64,000 nt of DNA from Trichosphaerium sp. ATCC 40318. Its lineage: Eukaryota > Protista > Tubulinea. Shown here piece after piece: positions 24,509-37,661 of this stretch. Each line of letters opens with the position of its first letter. Position 1 is the first letter of the stretch. The DNA is taken from the NCBI GenBank assembly GCA_038496445.1, contig JALMLS010000484.1, positions 133,490 to 197,489 on the forward strand, given 5' to 3'. The position numbers were made by a program, and so were the translations under genes. The notes beneath the pieces are model-generated. The model saw only the letters and a list, made by a program, of their open reading frames with translations, was not told where the DNA came from and did not search any database.

Positions 24509-27449
24509 ATGAGTACGCGTAAGAGAAAGCGTACATCAAAAGAAGCACCAAGTAAACGCGCTTGTAAGCTATGCAGGGCAAGACACAAGAAGTGTAACGG
24601 ACAGCGTCCCTGTGAGCGTTGTATTGAACTAAAAGTGAAATGCAGCTATGCTAGACCAAGAAAACGAGGACCAGTGCAAGGTAATGTTGTAACATCTGCG
24701 AAAATGGCACTTGTATTTATCTAGCGTGGTTTTATATAAAGGCGCTAACAGGAAGTAACAAACGGTTTTTTTTTTTTGTTTAATTTATTTTCTTTTTTCA
24801 CTTGAGTGACTTTGTTCCGGATAGGACATAGAGTTACAATGTTGGAAGAGTTGGAAACTGTAAGATTACAATTGGAAGAACAAAAAAGAGAAGTAGTAAG
24901 ATTAAAGACACTATATGATAAAGCTACAGCTTCTCCTGTGCGTAAAAAAGTTAATTGCTCAATGTAGAAAGCGAATCCTTTTTATTTTTTGTTTTTTCTC
25001 ACAGAATTTTTGATGCGCTAGTTGTAGGTAAAAGATTGGGTTTTACAAGCACGTATAGGACTTGTATCTAATATTAATGGGTACATGAACTTATACAGAA
25101 ATATCATGGACCCATGGCATGTGCGTGAATCAAACGTTTACGATTTTTTTTTCGGATTTTTTATTAAAGTATACCAAAAACGAAATATCACGTGCTTTGG
25201 TACATATAAAACGTTACTTTGTGAATACATTTCGCTTGACGAATTACTTTTTTAGTAGATAATTCATAAACAGGATGAAAATACTGACCTTGTTTTAAGG
25301 CTTCACCTGTACCTGTGTTTGATACAAGGACAATTCTCGATGCTTTGCATGAAGATAACAGTAAGCACCTTTTTAATGTGCATCAAAAAATGCGCTAGAA
25401 CTTTTTACGATTCTCAGTAATTAAACCAACAATCACCCTACGCTACCAAGTCTCCTTTGTGCCGAGAAATACCTTGGGAGTTGTACACACTTTAAACTTG
25501 TTGTTGACAAAAAAAAACAAAAAAATAACGTAAGTAACCGAAATTTCAGAGTGGCTTCATGATCCTTCAATGCTTGAGAATTTGGCTTGTATGGCTTGGG
25601 GAGCAAGGCTTACAGGTTATATAAATCATGCAGATAAATTTATTGATATGGGCAAACAGATTCTGCGTAACCTTGTTGATACCAAAGACCCTATCGTTGC
25701 GCGTGCGTTATTTTTTTTCCGAACATGACGAATTCATAACCCTTTTATTAATATTATCTAGTTGGTGCCTACACTCTTGGTATATACGTTAACACCATTG
25801 AAAATGGAGCAGATGGTCAGTTCTATCTTCAAATAGCTCACGGTATAGTCACATGTCACTCGTGATTTTCGCAGTTCGGAATATAAAAAATCCCGGTAGT
25901 TGTTTTCTTATTTTCTTTCATTAGGTGTTACAAACCATCTAAAGCATGCTCTTACTAGCGTTGATGATAAAGAATCCACTGATCTTATTGAACGTTTAGA
26001 TACAAACTTTCTTTTACACCACAAAGACATCCTAAACAGCTCACGGTAAACTACCTTGTAGTTGCTAGCCAACTCATTTTTCCTTCTGCAGTGAAGATAT
26101 CGTTGATATACACGAAAGAGTACTACAGAGAGTATCTAAACTTAGCTATGGACCTAATGCTAGGCCTCTAAAACAAGTTGAGATTATACAGAGGTTATGG
26201 GCTTCTCTTGCTGGTGTACGTTAAAAACAATCTTACGACCGGTGGCTCTATGTTACTAAATCACGTGTTTCTAATTCTTTTTTAGATTTGGTTTGGCGTT
26301 TCCAAGCTTCCTTGGTATAGCTCATCATGGGGTGTAGAAAAGGCTGACCTACTGCAATTGGTTAGGCATTTGTTATAGTCTCTTGGTTGTTTGTTGACAT
26401 GCATTGTTAGTCGGCAATTGAACACACAGCTTTCATGTGTCAGTTGAAAGAGGCAGAAGAATTTCTCATCCAAGAGATGAGTTCTTCGAGCCCTTTGAAT
26501 GTAACGTTCTTTTCTATCCTAATTATGACTCTTACCTCTGTTGTTAATCTCGCAGGATCTTATCACACCATGGCTCTTGAGGTATGACACATTATTTTCG
26601 TGTCTTTAAATAATTTTTTTTAAGGGAGCTAGAAAAGCTTGGTCCTCATACACTCAATGTCCAAATATTTCATGTTTCCCTGGATGCTACTTTACAGCTT
26701 ACAACTGTTGCTTTATCGCAATAAGAACAAATGACCAGTTATTGTTTTTAGAGGTATGCAACGCAAACATTTCGCAAACACGAGCTTTTTTCTGACTGTT
26801 TCTAAAAAGACGTTTCGAACAATGATTGACTTGGCAAACACTTGGAGAACATCTAATATGCTCACAAAGTAAGCATATTATTATGTTATACTATTGTAGT
26901 AAATATTCAATGTAGAGCTCTCTATGATGAAGCTATCGCGTATGGATATGATATGTCACATTTTAAAGATACAATTGAAGAAATACAAAGAACCAAACCA
27001 ACAAATATTGTTGAAGTGTACGTTAACCCTGCACGTGATTTTTCCCTTCGTTTGATATTCTCGCGCCAAAAAACCGTATATTCTCGATCACGTGCGGTCA
27101 AACTTCTAAACATCAATAAGAGAAGCAATAACAAATTCTAGCTCTTTTTTTTTCTTTTTTTGGAGTTTCTCGTTTTTTCTAATGTTGGTGTAGTGTCACT
27201 AGTCCTCGGAATGCGTCTGATGTACAAGTAAAAGTACCAGACATTAATTTAATTTGTAGCAACGAACCAAAGATAGACTTGACAGTAGAGAGATGTCAAC
27301 CAGAATTTAGCTCTTTTTTTGATGAAAAACAAGAAGAAATCATAGATTCATTCTTAGTACCAGAGTATAAAGATAATATCCTTTTCGGAGATGAAATAGA
27401 AATACAAAACACAGACATAAGTCATGACTCTCCATTACAGTATTTTTAA
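24509..27449 (+). CDS. Zn(II)2Cys6 (GAL4-type) transcription factor, multi-exon
   Basis: ACKLCRARHKKCNGQRPCERCIELKVKC followed by RKRGP, a coiled coil, and an acidic C-terminus. Confidence 0.88.
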
Positions 27450-27822
27450 AATTTTACAACTAGAGACACGTCAGTGCTACTCTTTCAAAAAAAAACTGTA
27501 AGAAAAAATCCAGAAAAATAAAATAAAATAGTAATGATTGTCAGTTTATCTACTAGCTGAGACTATTATTCAAGAAGCTAATGAAAGTGTATACTTAAAG
27601 GGTAGAATACTTGCTCCAGAACTAGCTATACGCGATTATTGGGAGGAAAGATGTGTTAGTGGCTATTAGCACATCATTGAATTGTACAGTTTGGCTACTT
27701 ATTGACGCAATGTTTCGTGATTGCCAAAATGTAGACAATTTGTAGAAAACCTGAAAATTACTGTATATTTACAAGACAAACATATGTTTATTAACATCAT
27801 AAGGTCAGTGCACTAGCCAAAG

Positions 27823-30800
27823 TCAGAGTACTTGACTATTTTTAGTATCTGTCATACTGCTCTTTGCACCCTTTGATACATCTGTTTGATGTGTAGAGTC
27901 AGAGTATGAACCATTAAGCGTTTTGACAAAGCGATGTATCTTATACAGAAAAAGAACATTTACAGTGATAGCTAGAAAAAAACAAAGACAAAAAGTCAGG
28001 ACTCAAAACCAAGCATAAAAAAAGCTTACCAGCGCCTAACATGACAAACGAAGATACTAGTATAAACTTTGTATACCTTTCAATATCATTGGGAATAGAT
28101 AGAGCAACGCATATGATTGAGAAGAAGAGCACGTTGTAAACTGAGTAGAATATGATTTTTGACTCGTTGTAAATCCTCATCGGTATCTCGCGAACTCTGT
28201 ATGCTAAGAACGCTCCAAATCCGAGTAAAACAGCCTAGAATTATTCAATAATAGAAGTCTCCTTTGAATGGCGTACGTTTAATGCAACAAGAAATCCAGC
28301 CATTATTGTGAATGTTTGATTGGCTGTACACTGATAGTAATTGTAACTTATACGGATTTCATCCACTACTACCTCCTCTCGTCGTATGTCACCGAATGCA
28401 GTCTAAGTATGTAATCTTTAGCATCTGTATCAATAACACTAAGGTACCATAGCAGCAAGAATAATGACATGGACAAGTACAATGCCTAGTACCCATGATA
28501 GCACAACTAAATTGGAAATTTTGAACACTTCAGTTGTTTTGACACTCCAGAGTCTCTCAATACGGAATGTCTATTCAAAGTAAGTAAAACAATGTACCAT
28601 TTACTTAACTTACTTTAGCAAAGAAAGGTCTAAAAAGAGGTCAGCGATGCAACGTTTAACATAAAAAGTACATACCCAAACAGTAAAATGAAACCTAAAT
28701 CAGCTAGCCACGGTAGAGCAGAGCACGTGAAATTCGTAACAACATTAGGTAGAAAAGCGAATACACTACAATACAGTATGATACTTCCCAGTATTAAAAC
28801 GCACATAAAAACAGGAGAAGAAGCCTAGAAAAGCAGTAAATCAGGCTGCCCGAAAAAAAAAAACCCTGAAAACAAACCTTAATAGATCGATTTAAGTCAG
28901 GTGAACATCCGAACAAGTACACTAGCAGAGTGAATGCTAGCCAGCATAGACTATTTATGATTAATATAATAGACACTGTAACCATTAATATCTCTGTCCA
29001 ATGACCTATTGACAAGTGTCAGGCAAGAAACAAAAAAAACTACATGAGAAATTACCAAATTGTGGATCGAAAACTCGTTCTTTCCAAGTCGGCATAGGAA
29101 ATACAAGCTGAGTGTCTTGGATGGACACAGGAGAAACAAGCTTAGGTTTACCATCCCTAACTTGAACCATGGTACTTTCTAGCTGCTGTTGATTAAGAGT
29201 ATCCCATCCAAAGGTACCCACAACGGTATCAATCTTCATTCTTACAAGGGTATCAGTTAGTTCGTTTTGCATAAACAAAAATCCACTGTCTTCAGTCTAA
29301 AATACACGTGTTAGGACTCATATCATGTGAACAGTAAAATCAGCTTTATACTTACAACGTTATTTGTCCCGGTACAAGTTCCCTCAAAGTTACTGACACG
29401 CAATCGCCCATTTGAATCAAGCTGAGTTAAAAAAGTTAGTTGTTGTTTACTTCACTCTAGGCTTTGTGACCTCAAATTTAAAGCCGTTTTTGTCCATTGC
29501 TTCAAGACCAATCTTAAGTATTAATCCAGGAAGTAGACCATCAAACATAAGAGCTTCCAGTGTAGTATTCATTACTCCTTTGAAGTCTTTAGAAAGATAA
29601 GTCATGTTATGGTAGTAGTCTGTGTTTGGAAAATTGGTATCTCGATCAAACTAAAGCAAACGTTAATGTTGTGTTTCCATATCGGAAATGTCAGTGTCCG
29701 TACACTCCTGATTGCTGTTTCATAGTCCCAAGGGTCTCCGATAGTTCTGGGATACACAGTAACAAAAGCACGTGGTGTATAGTCTACCTCGCGCATAACT
29801 TCGACAATATAAGGTCCATATGATAGGTTACAATACATCCAAATATCTGGGTCATGTTCTTTAATAATACGAAGGGTCTCGTTCTTAACGTGTGCCCTTA
29901 TTTCGTTGTAGAGAGTCCGATTACCAAAATCGAAGCCTGGGTTATGTATACCTAGAAGACACGTGTAAACAAAAAAGAAAACAAAAGCACAACAGTACCA
30001 AAATTTTTGAGGTTCATTGATCCGGACAGTGAGAGACCTTGCTTATTCATCTCCTTTATGAAATCCGGATGTAAGCATCCTTCTTCTGTATGATTACTCC
30101 GCTGAATAACCAACACCGTTTTGGCACCAACAACACGGAAATTTGCTAGTACAATCCTAAAAAAAAAAAAGCTGTAGTTAGTACAAAGCATGTTTTGTGT
30201 AACCGTGTACTCGAATTCTTTGCTAGTGGATATACGCAACGGTAACACACGTCTTCCTTGGAGAGGAATATCGGTGTCTTTGTTTATCCAACTCACTATA
30301 AATGCGATTAGAACACGTGGAGTACTGTTTTTGGTTTTTTATCGCACATAGCATCCATCCTGCGTCTTCTGATACTGCAGCTGCAGCACGTGCCATACGG
30401 CCGTTATAAGGACCAAATAGAAACGAAATAGTTTTACTATCAATGTAGTCTCTATAAATCTTTGCCACAGTGCTATTAATAAATTCATCATCTGTTACAT
30501 CATACTCAACAGTAAGTTGTAAATTACTATTGGTTAGCTAAAATAAAATTACACGTGGCATGGATAAAAAGAGAGAAAAAATGAAAATAAAAGAATCCCA
30601 TTTTGTTATTCTTTACCGAGCCGAAAGGTTAGTTTCAGAATTACTCGTTTGGGTGTTTTTTTGTTGATAACTAGCTTTGAAATACACAATTTTGATTTTA
30701 TACGAAGTTCGCTCAAGCCATATTCTACGTACGTTTATTGGATTTTTTTGAAGCCAACGCCTGTTATATTCGAACCCAAGCCTTGTTGTTTCGTTAGATA

Positions 30801-31052
30801 CACCTTTGTAAACCTAAATTACGCACAGAAAGTGATCATTAGGTACACTGAACAGCCTTCCTGTATTATTCAAAGGCAGGGTAAACCCTTGAAAGAACAA
30901 ATAAATTGAAAAGGCTAAACCCAACTAACGACTCTATACGTACCAACCCTAATTACTCCTGGTTCCGCACGTGACGGGACCGTACTAAATAATAACACGA
31001 AAACTACTCCAAAAAAAATAAGGGAATGTCGGATGCCGAGCAAGGAGTTCAT
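27823..31052 (-). CDS. Family-3 (GABA-B/Grl-like) GPCR with an N-terminal periplasmic-binding/Venus-flytrap domain, multi-exon
   Basis: Signal peptide; FLFGPYNG; IDTVVGTFGWD; 7TM motifs ALPWLADLGF..., FAK.FRIERL, FGAFLAYRVREIPMRIYNESKII. Confidence 0.88.
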
Positions 31053-31678
31053 AGCGATATACAGGAGAAGTACAATAGAATTTGTGGTTTCAATCAGCTC
31101 GATCGTTAGTTGTTGTTTGTTGGTTTGTATCTGAGGATTGTCTTGAGTAGTTGTTGACGTTAATTTTAGTTTGTCTTTTAGCCTTGTAGTTTTGGTGCAG
31201 CAACTTAACGAACACAAATAACCTGACACTCTGTGTCTAAATTTACAATGGTCGGGTTGATGCACAGTATTAATAACAAGACATCCATTCTTAGTTATAT
31301 CATTCTTAGGTATATCAAGCTGCGTACATAGTTTCCAACCATGTGTAAACCATAAATTAGTCAGTCCGTGTACATAACAATTCGGTTGGGATTTTTTACA
31401 TTGATAACTTGTCTTTACAATATATCAGTTTACACAGGTTCTCGCTTGGTGTTTGTGTTAACACTAAACGTTTTATCCGCTAGTATATCTAAAGGGATGT
31501 ATGCGCACTCAACAAAACCGTTACAGAAATGATGCACAAACCCAAGTATCACGTGATTTTTTTTTACTCTTTTTTTAGAGGAGAGAAGGCGGCACGAACG
31601 ATCAACCAATTTTGTATAGCAACTATAAAATGACATGAGTTGAACTTGAGAGCCACAAAGTACCCTCCTAAGCGCCGC

Positions 31679-34610
31679 TCACAAGCGAAGTGAGTTTGAA
31701 CTCAATTCGTATGCCGTAACAGGATTGTATTTTATGTAAAGAAGTGGTTTCGAACCCTTTTTGGCTGAACAGCAAGCTGGACTTGCGTACAATTCAATCA
31801 CATGATTTTTTTACTGAGACTGTCTTTGTTACATTTTTTTTATTTACGAGATAGCGATGGGAACTCACTACTGTAGGTTTGTTTTTTACGTTGTGGTACA
31901 TTATTTTTCTTGTTATTTACATTGTACCTTTTTCTTCTATATACATCGTTTTGGTCTTTTGCGAATTTAGCCATATGCAGGTATGATTTTCTTCTAGCAC
32001 GCCAGTTTCTTGATATATTAACATCAAAATTAAACTCAGTGATTTTCTTTGTAGTATTTAATGTGAAGAGTTTATCAGGTGTCATGTGCATTGCTAGTAC
32101 TAAAAAAAAATTGAGAAATAACAAAACATTAGGTTGTGAGGGTTATGATTAAGTACCTGGTCCTTTGGTATCTACAACATACTTCACAGTAGCGTTGTTG
32201 ATATCCCAATATGTCAAAGTTTGATCACGTGCGGCTAAAGAGGCACGTGGTAAGATAAACGTAAAGCATGAAAAAAGAAAAAAGATAGCTAGGATTTGCT
32301 TGACTGCAATGTACCTGTTATGAGGCGGTGATCTGGCGCGTATGCCATGGATGTAATAACTCTCTTATCTCCCCACAGCGTTGAAACCTCATCTTTAGGC
32401 CACCTTAAATCGTACAGTCTTACATTTCCGTCAATTCCTTCAAAGAAAAATTAGTATTGTTCTTCAAACGTTGTTTCTTACCTCCTGTAACAAGCATTTT
32501 GTCTTTGTAGTAAAAATCAGCAATAGCTGGTCCGTGGTGTTTAACAAGATGAAGTTTTAAATCATTCCCTCTGCTGTCATAAAACAAGACATCAGAGCTT
32601 TGTATGGACGACATGACTGCTGTATCTCCTTTTTCAGTACAGAACTGAATCTTAGATATAGTCTTGTTGTTATCAAATACAGCGTTGTAACGTATAACTT
32701 CTTCAGTTTCTACATCAATGATACCGTATTTGGATGACTCGTTGTACAATATTTTATTCGAGGTGTTTGAGTAATCTATAGATGAAATTCCTCGAAAATC
32801 TAGGTGCAAAGTTCTTTGTCAGTTATTGCGCAAGGTACTGAAAATGTACCTTCGAAATATGAGAGTAACTTCATAGAGTGCTTTGAGTACACGCGCATTG
32901 TAAAGGTGGTTGAACTAGAGCAATAGTTAGGAAAGAAGGAAAATTGCTGTTGTTTTTTTTTGTAGGTTGTTCTCTGCTAACCCTACAATGATACTCTCTC
33001 CTATAGCCAAGTCTATGAATTGCGTGTTATCTTGTTTCTTAGTTGTACAAAACCGACCGTCTAAGTAAAATAACAATTGGTAAGATATCTGTGAGTAAGA
33101 GGCAAAGGATGGACGTACAAGTGTCATCACATGGCAAAACATAGATGTGTTCAAAGGCACCAAGATACAAGTTATCTTGATCATACTTCATACAACAAGG
33201 TTGTTCGGTAATAGCCTTAACTTGAAATCGCTTTCTCTTGTATTTACCAAGCTCCCAGTTCCATCGGGTATAGTAACGTCGTCTTAGAGAGCTCTTTGAT
33301 TCTGTTCTCTTTTCAGGAAATGTTCTTAACTCAGGAATAATTTTTTCTTTGTACAATACTGCCATATCCTCTTCATCACTCCAACCATCGTCTTCATCAC
33401 TAACAACATTAACATACTTTAAATGTGATATATAGTCCCGTACGCTTGTTGTGCCTCTGATGTTGAAGCAAGAATGTCAAACTGATTTTCGAGAATCAAC
33501 TTCCAAAAAAAGTCTTGCCTATTTTTGTTTAGTTTTCTGATATCAAAAGTTGTCCTGCTCTGTACTCTAGTATATCTTGGAAGTATCTACACACTTTATG
33601 TAATTCCATAATAGCGCCAGAATGAACGAAACTCAACATAGTCATGAGTACTTCTGGTGGCATGCTGATATGAACAGTGCTATTTTTTTTGTTCCAATTT
33701 TCATTTTCAATTGCAACTTTATTATCAAGAGCTTTTTGCTCTTTGGGTGCCAAAGCAATAGGCAAATAACCCCTAGGCATCTTGTGAAAAAATCCTATTT
33801 CTTCTCTAGCACCAAAATTTACTCTAAAACCCACGTGTGAGCACTAAGTACAAGAACAGCGAAGAATATTAATATGCAATTACCTCATTTTAGTGTTTTT
33901 GTGACTCAGTGTAAATGCTGGATACAGTATAGAACCCATTCTTAGATTCTTACATGCCATACCCATACTGAAGCAAAACGTTAGAAAAAATTATAAATGC
34001 ACTTTCTACAGGACATCGATTTTCTGCGAGAAAGAAAAAAACAAGGCCACCTCAAACACGTGCCTTTTTCCGTTGAGCCAAAATTCTAAGCTTCTTCTTG
34101 TGCTATCAACTAAAACAGATATGACATCACCTGCCTTTAATTTTCTAGTTCCATAACTTTTCCATCTGTTGTTATGTCCTGATATCGAGAATCAAAGTTA
34201 GTGAAAAGAAACCAATCATTTTTTTTTTCGAAAAGTTTTTTGATGTTGTGCTTTAGCGTACCAAATGCCATTCGATACGAATCAATGGCCCAAGTCCCTG
34301 GTTTACTTCCAATACCCATTGGGATAGGTTTAGTCACTTCATACGCGTTACTATTTACAAAACCTTTAAAACGCGTTAATAAGCAGTGATATAATATACT
34401 AAGCGTTTACGTACCGATATGAACGCCGCCGCGGTTTTTTAACAATAAAACCTCGAAATATCGCTTATTACTGCCGTTTATATGAACAGGAGGTATACCG
34501 AATACATTCCCCACTTTATGAGTCGTTTCTACGCAATCCGGTTTAAAAACGACTACAACTTCCTCTTCGTCTAGATTTAGAAGCTGTGAGCACCTTTGAG
34601 GGTCTAGCAT
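31679..34610 (-). CDS. SPRY - F-box - WD40-like repeat protein, multi-exon (ends approximate)
   Basis: YFEV...VHIG, GDVISVLVD...LEFWLNG, LYPAFTL...MR|VNFGAREEIGFFHKMPRGYLPI runs in frame into F-box MPPEVLMTMLSFV; RRRYYTRWNW then WD-like repeats (AARDQTLTYWD). Confidence 0.75.
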
Positions 34611-34959
34611 ATACGTTATACGGTGTATTACAGACAATAAGCCTTAAACTATGATCCCAACAGAACTTGTGAAATTCACAAACCGACAACCATTCGGTTA
34701 ATTATTTCACTGATATTTCCCAGTTTTCATCAACTTTTCTCAGAGTTCAAGATCGTTAACTATTCCCAAGTGTTGTACACAATTATCTGTACAGAAGAAA
34801 GATAGTGTTTGCCAGATCTATATCACTAAACTGCTTGATGATTTGGCGCACGTGTGACGCAACAAGACTTAACAGGTGAAACTCATGAGTTGATAATCGA
34901 TTCAAGTCACAATTTAATACTACCAATAGCCAGTGCTGAACAGATGAGTCGTGTTTATT

Positions 34960-37180
34960 TTATACGCAGTTGGATTCAGTTGCAATGTTTCCTTTGCATT
35001 CTTGGTATTTTTGAAGAGTTTGGTGGAGATCAGCAAGTACGCTTGGACTCGTGGTATTTATCAAGTTTTTCATCTAAAACGTTGAATTATGATCTTATGT
35101 TGTCATATTATAATTAAAAAATAAGAAATACCTGGTATGGATCGCTATCAATATCATATAATTCTCTGAACTCAATGGATGTGTTAGACCATGTCCACGT
35201 GTGATCAAATTCTATGTAAACAAGATTGCTATTTTCGTTCAAGACACGCAAAGCACGCCAAGTGTTTGAAGACGGATCATCAATGTGCCTGTGTGGTAGT
35301 AAGAGTACAATTATATGTATGGAAACTAACCGTCACCAACGCCTTTACCAAGTACACACTTTTTATCACCTACCGGCGATCTAGGTCCTTTACCGTTGTG
35401 ACCATGGTAAGTGTTATCAGGTACCTATATTCTTGTCAAATACAGTTAAGCAGAAGCCATTGTAGTTTTGGAGTAAATGCTTTGTACCCATATATCTGCG
35501 TGGTCATTGTACAAAGCTGCAATAGATTTAAACTCTATTAAAAAGTGTTTTCTCCACGCATTCGTATACTTTTGTTTTTCTTCAGGGTCAAAAGGCTTAA
35601 AGTACGGGTTTTCTTCGGAAATAAAGAACGGTGCAAGACTCTTTCCTAAACAAACGTAAGTTATTAAAAGCTGCTTGTGTTGTTTATAAGGCACCATCCA
35701 TAAATTTTGGCTTTGCAACTCCAGCTAGATCGAGCATTGTTGGAGTAAAATCAACGTTGCCACTGACTTGCGGAATCTTGGAACCTGGCTTAATACCAGG
35801 ACCGCGAACAATGTAAGGGATACGGATATCAGTTTCATAAGGCTGTAGTTTGGATGTAGCCACGCGCCATTGACCTAGTTTATACCCCTAAGACTAAGAT
35901 AAGAACTAAGTCGTAAAGACTCAAAAAGAAAAACAATTGGCGCGCACGTGATCACTTGAGTAAAATATGTATGTATCGTCAAGTACGTCTAGTTTTTCTA
36001 GTAGTTGAACCACTGAGGATACTATTTCGTCTACAGATATAAGTGAGCTCCACCTATCCTTCATTTGCTGTTCTATCCATTGAGCTGCAAGGTCATTAAA
36101 AGGAGGGTTTTGTCTTATCATATGATGTTTGTCCGGAGAAGATGCATTCCAGTTCGGTGTTACTGGGTATGTCAAGTTTTCGAAAGGAGTGTTTTGAATC
36201 CAAGGTGCTGGGGTAGCAGGGAAGTGAGGTGCATGAGGACCAATATACGCGAAGAAAGGTTGACCTGTCGCGCTGTTAGAATGACAAAAACAAAGTGTTA
36301 AAAAGATAGTTGTGCCTGTTTTAACAATTTCGTTGATCCAAGAGAGAGACCTGTTTCCAAGTTGACTCGTTTGGTATGTCTCTGGCTTCATTTCTAAATG
36401 TTCTATATGTTTAGATCCGTTTGGGTACTTAACAAAGTATTTTTTTGAATAAAAGACATTGAAGTCACACGGAGAGTTTATCATTGTCATTCCAGCGTCT
36501 CTTTCCTTTCCACAAAAGTACTCTGGCTGGTCGTTTGTAACTTTACCAAATACTCCTTTGAAGAAAATAATGTAAGGTTTAAACGGAAAAAGAGAAGGAA
36601 GAGTCGAATCGAAAAAGCGATGGAAAATTATAACTTGGAAATTTACATCGCTTTCTCTTTTTCTCACCTGTGGCGTAGCCTGCGCTTTCGAGAATACCGA
36701 ACATACTTGCAGTTACATTGAATACATTGTCTTCAGCATTAATATGCATACAAGTACCATTGGGAGCGCCAATATTGTGGTAATAGCGCCCTTGTTGTTA
36801 CAAGTTAAAAAAAAAAAACGGTTCTAACCGCGTGATCTTATCACGTGCCTGTAATAAATTCTGTTCGGGAAGGACAGCAAACTGGTGTCGCAACGAAAAA
36901 GTTCTCGAAGTACGCTCCTTCATCAATCAACAGCTTTCTAGTTTCTGGCATCGCCTAAAGCTCATGTAAGCTAATCGTACTGTATTGTTGTAAAAAGGGA
37001 CTTCAGTTGGTACAATAATTATTAAGATCATACCGCAAGCGATCCTATATCCGTGTATTCACGTGGGTTTTCTCCAAGTTGAATATCTTGATCGTCGGTT
37101 AATATAAACACGAAATTAGGTTGTTTCGCCGCTATAACCATAAAAACGGTAAACAAACATATCGTGTATACAAGTGTCAT
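34960..37180 (-). CDS. GNS: N-acetylglucosamine-6-sulfatase-like secreted sulfatase, multi-exon
   Basis: [23 protein letters not shown]|[26 protein letters not shown]|[24 protein letters not shown]. Confidence 0.92.
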
Positions 37181-37450
37181 TGTTTTGAACTTCTATCGAA
37201 CAAAAAACGTGAGTGCACACTCCAACTTAAGTTTGAGAACTATAAGTCACTATCTTCCGTCACGTGACGTGGCTATGTTTAAGGAATTTTGACTTGTCAA
37301 ATGCCACAGTCAAAAAAAAAGTAGATTTGGTTTCAACAAACTAAGTTCATCGTTGACTTTGATTCTCACCGTACTTCGTTTTATTCTCGTGAAATCATCT
37401 AAAGCATACTCGTTCGGCCGTTGCTTGCTCTGTTTTACTAACAACGTCTA

Positions 37451-37482
37451 TTGACTATCACAGTGCTTGCTGTGATAGTCAA
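37451..37482. repeat. Perfect 13-bp intergenic inverted repeat (hairpin)
   Basis: TTGACTATCACAG-tgcttg-CTGTGATAGTCAA. Confidence 0.85.
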
Positions 37483-37661
37483 CCAAAATGCGACTATCCG
37501 CTGAACGGTTCAAGAAACCTCACAATAGGATGCAAACATAAATAATAACTGCAAGTACATAGGGAATATTAAGTTCACAAGCTTATACAAGTTTCAAATG
37601 ATAGCATACGCGCGTTGGATGAGTTCCTTATTTATTGATACAAAAGAAATGCAAGGCATTC

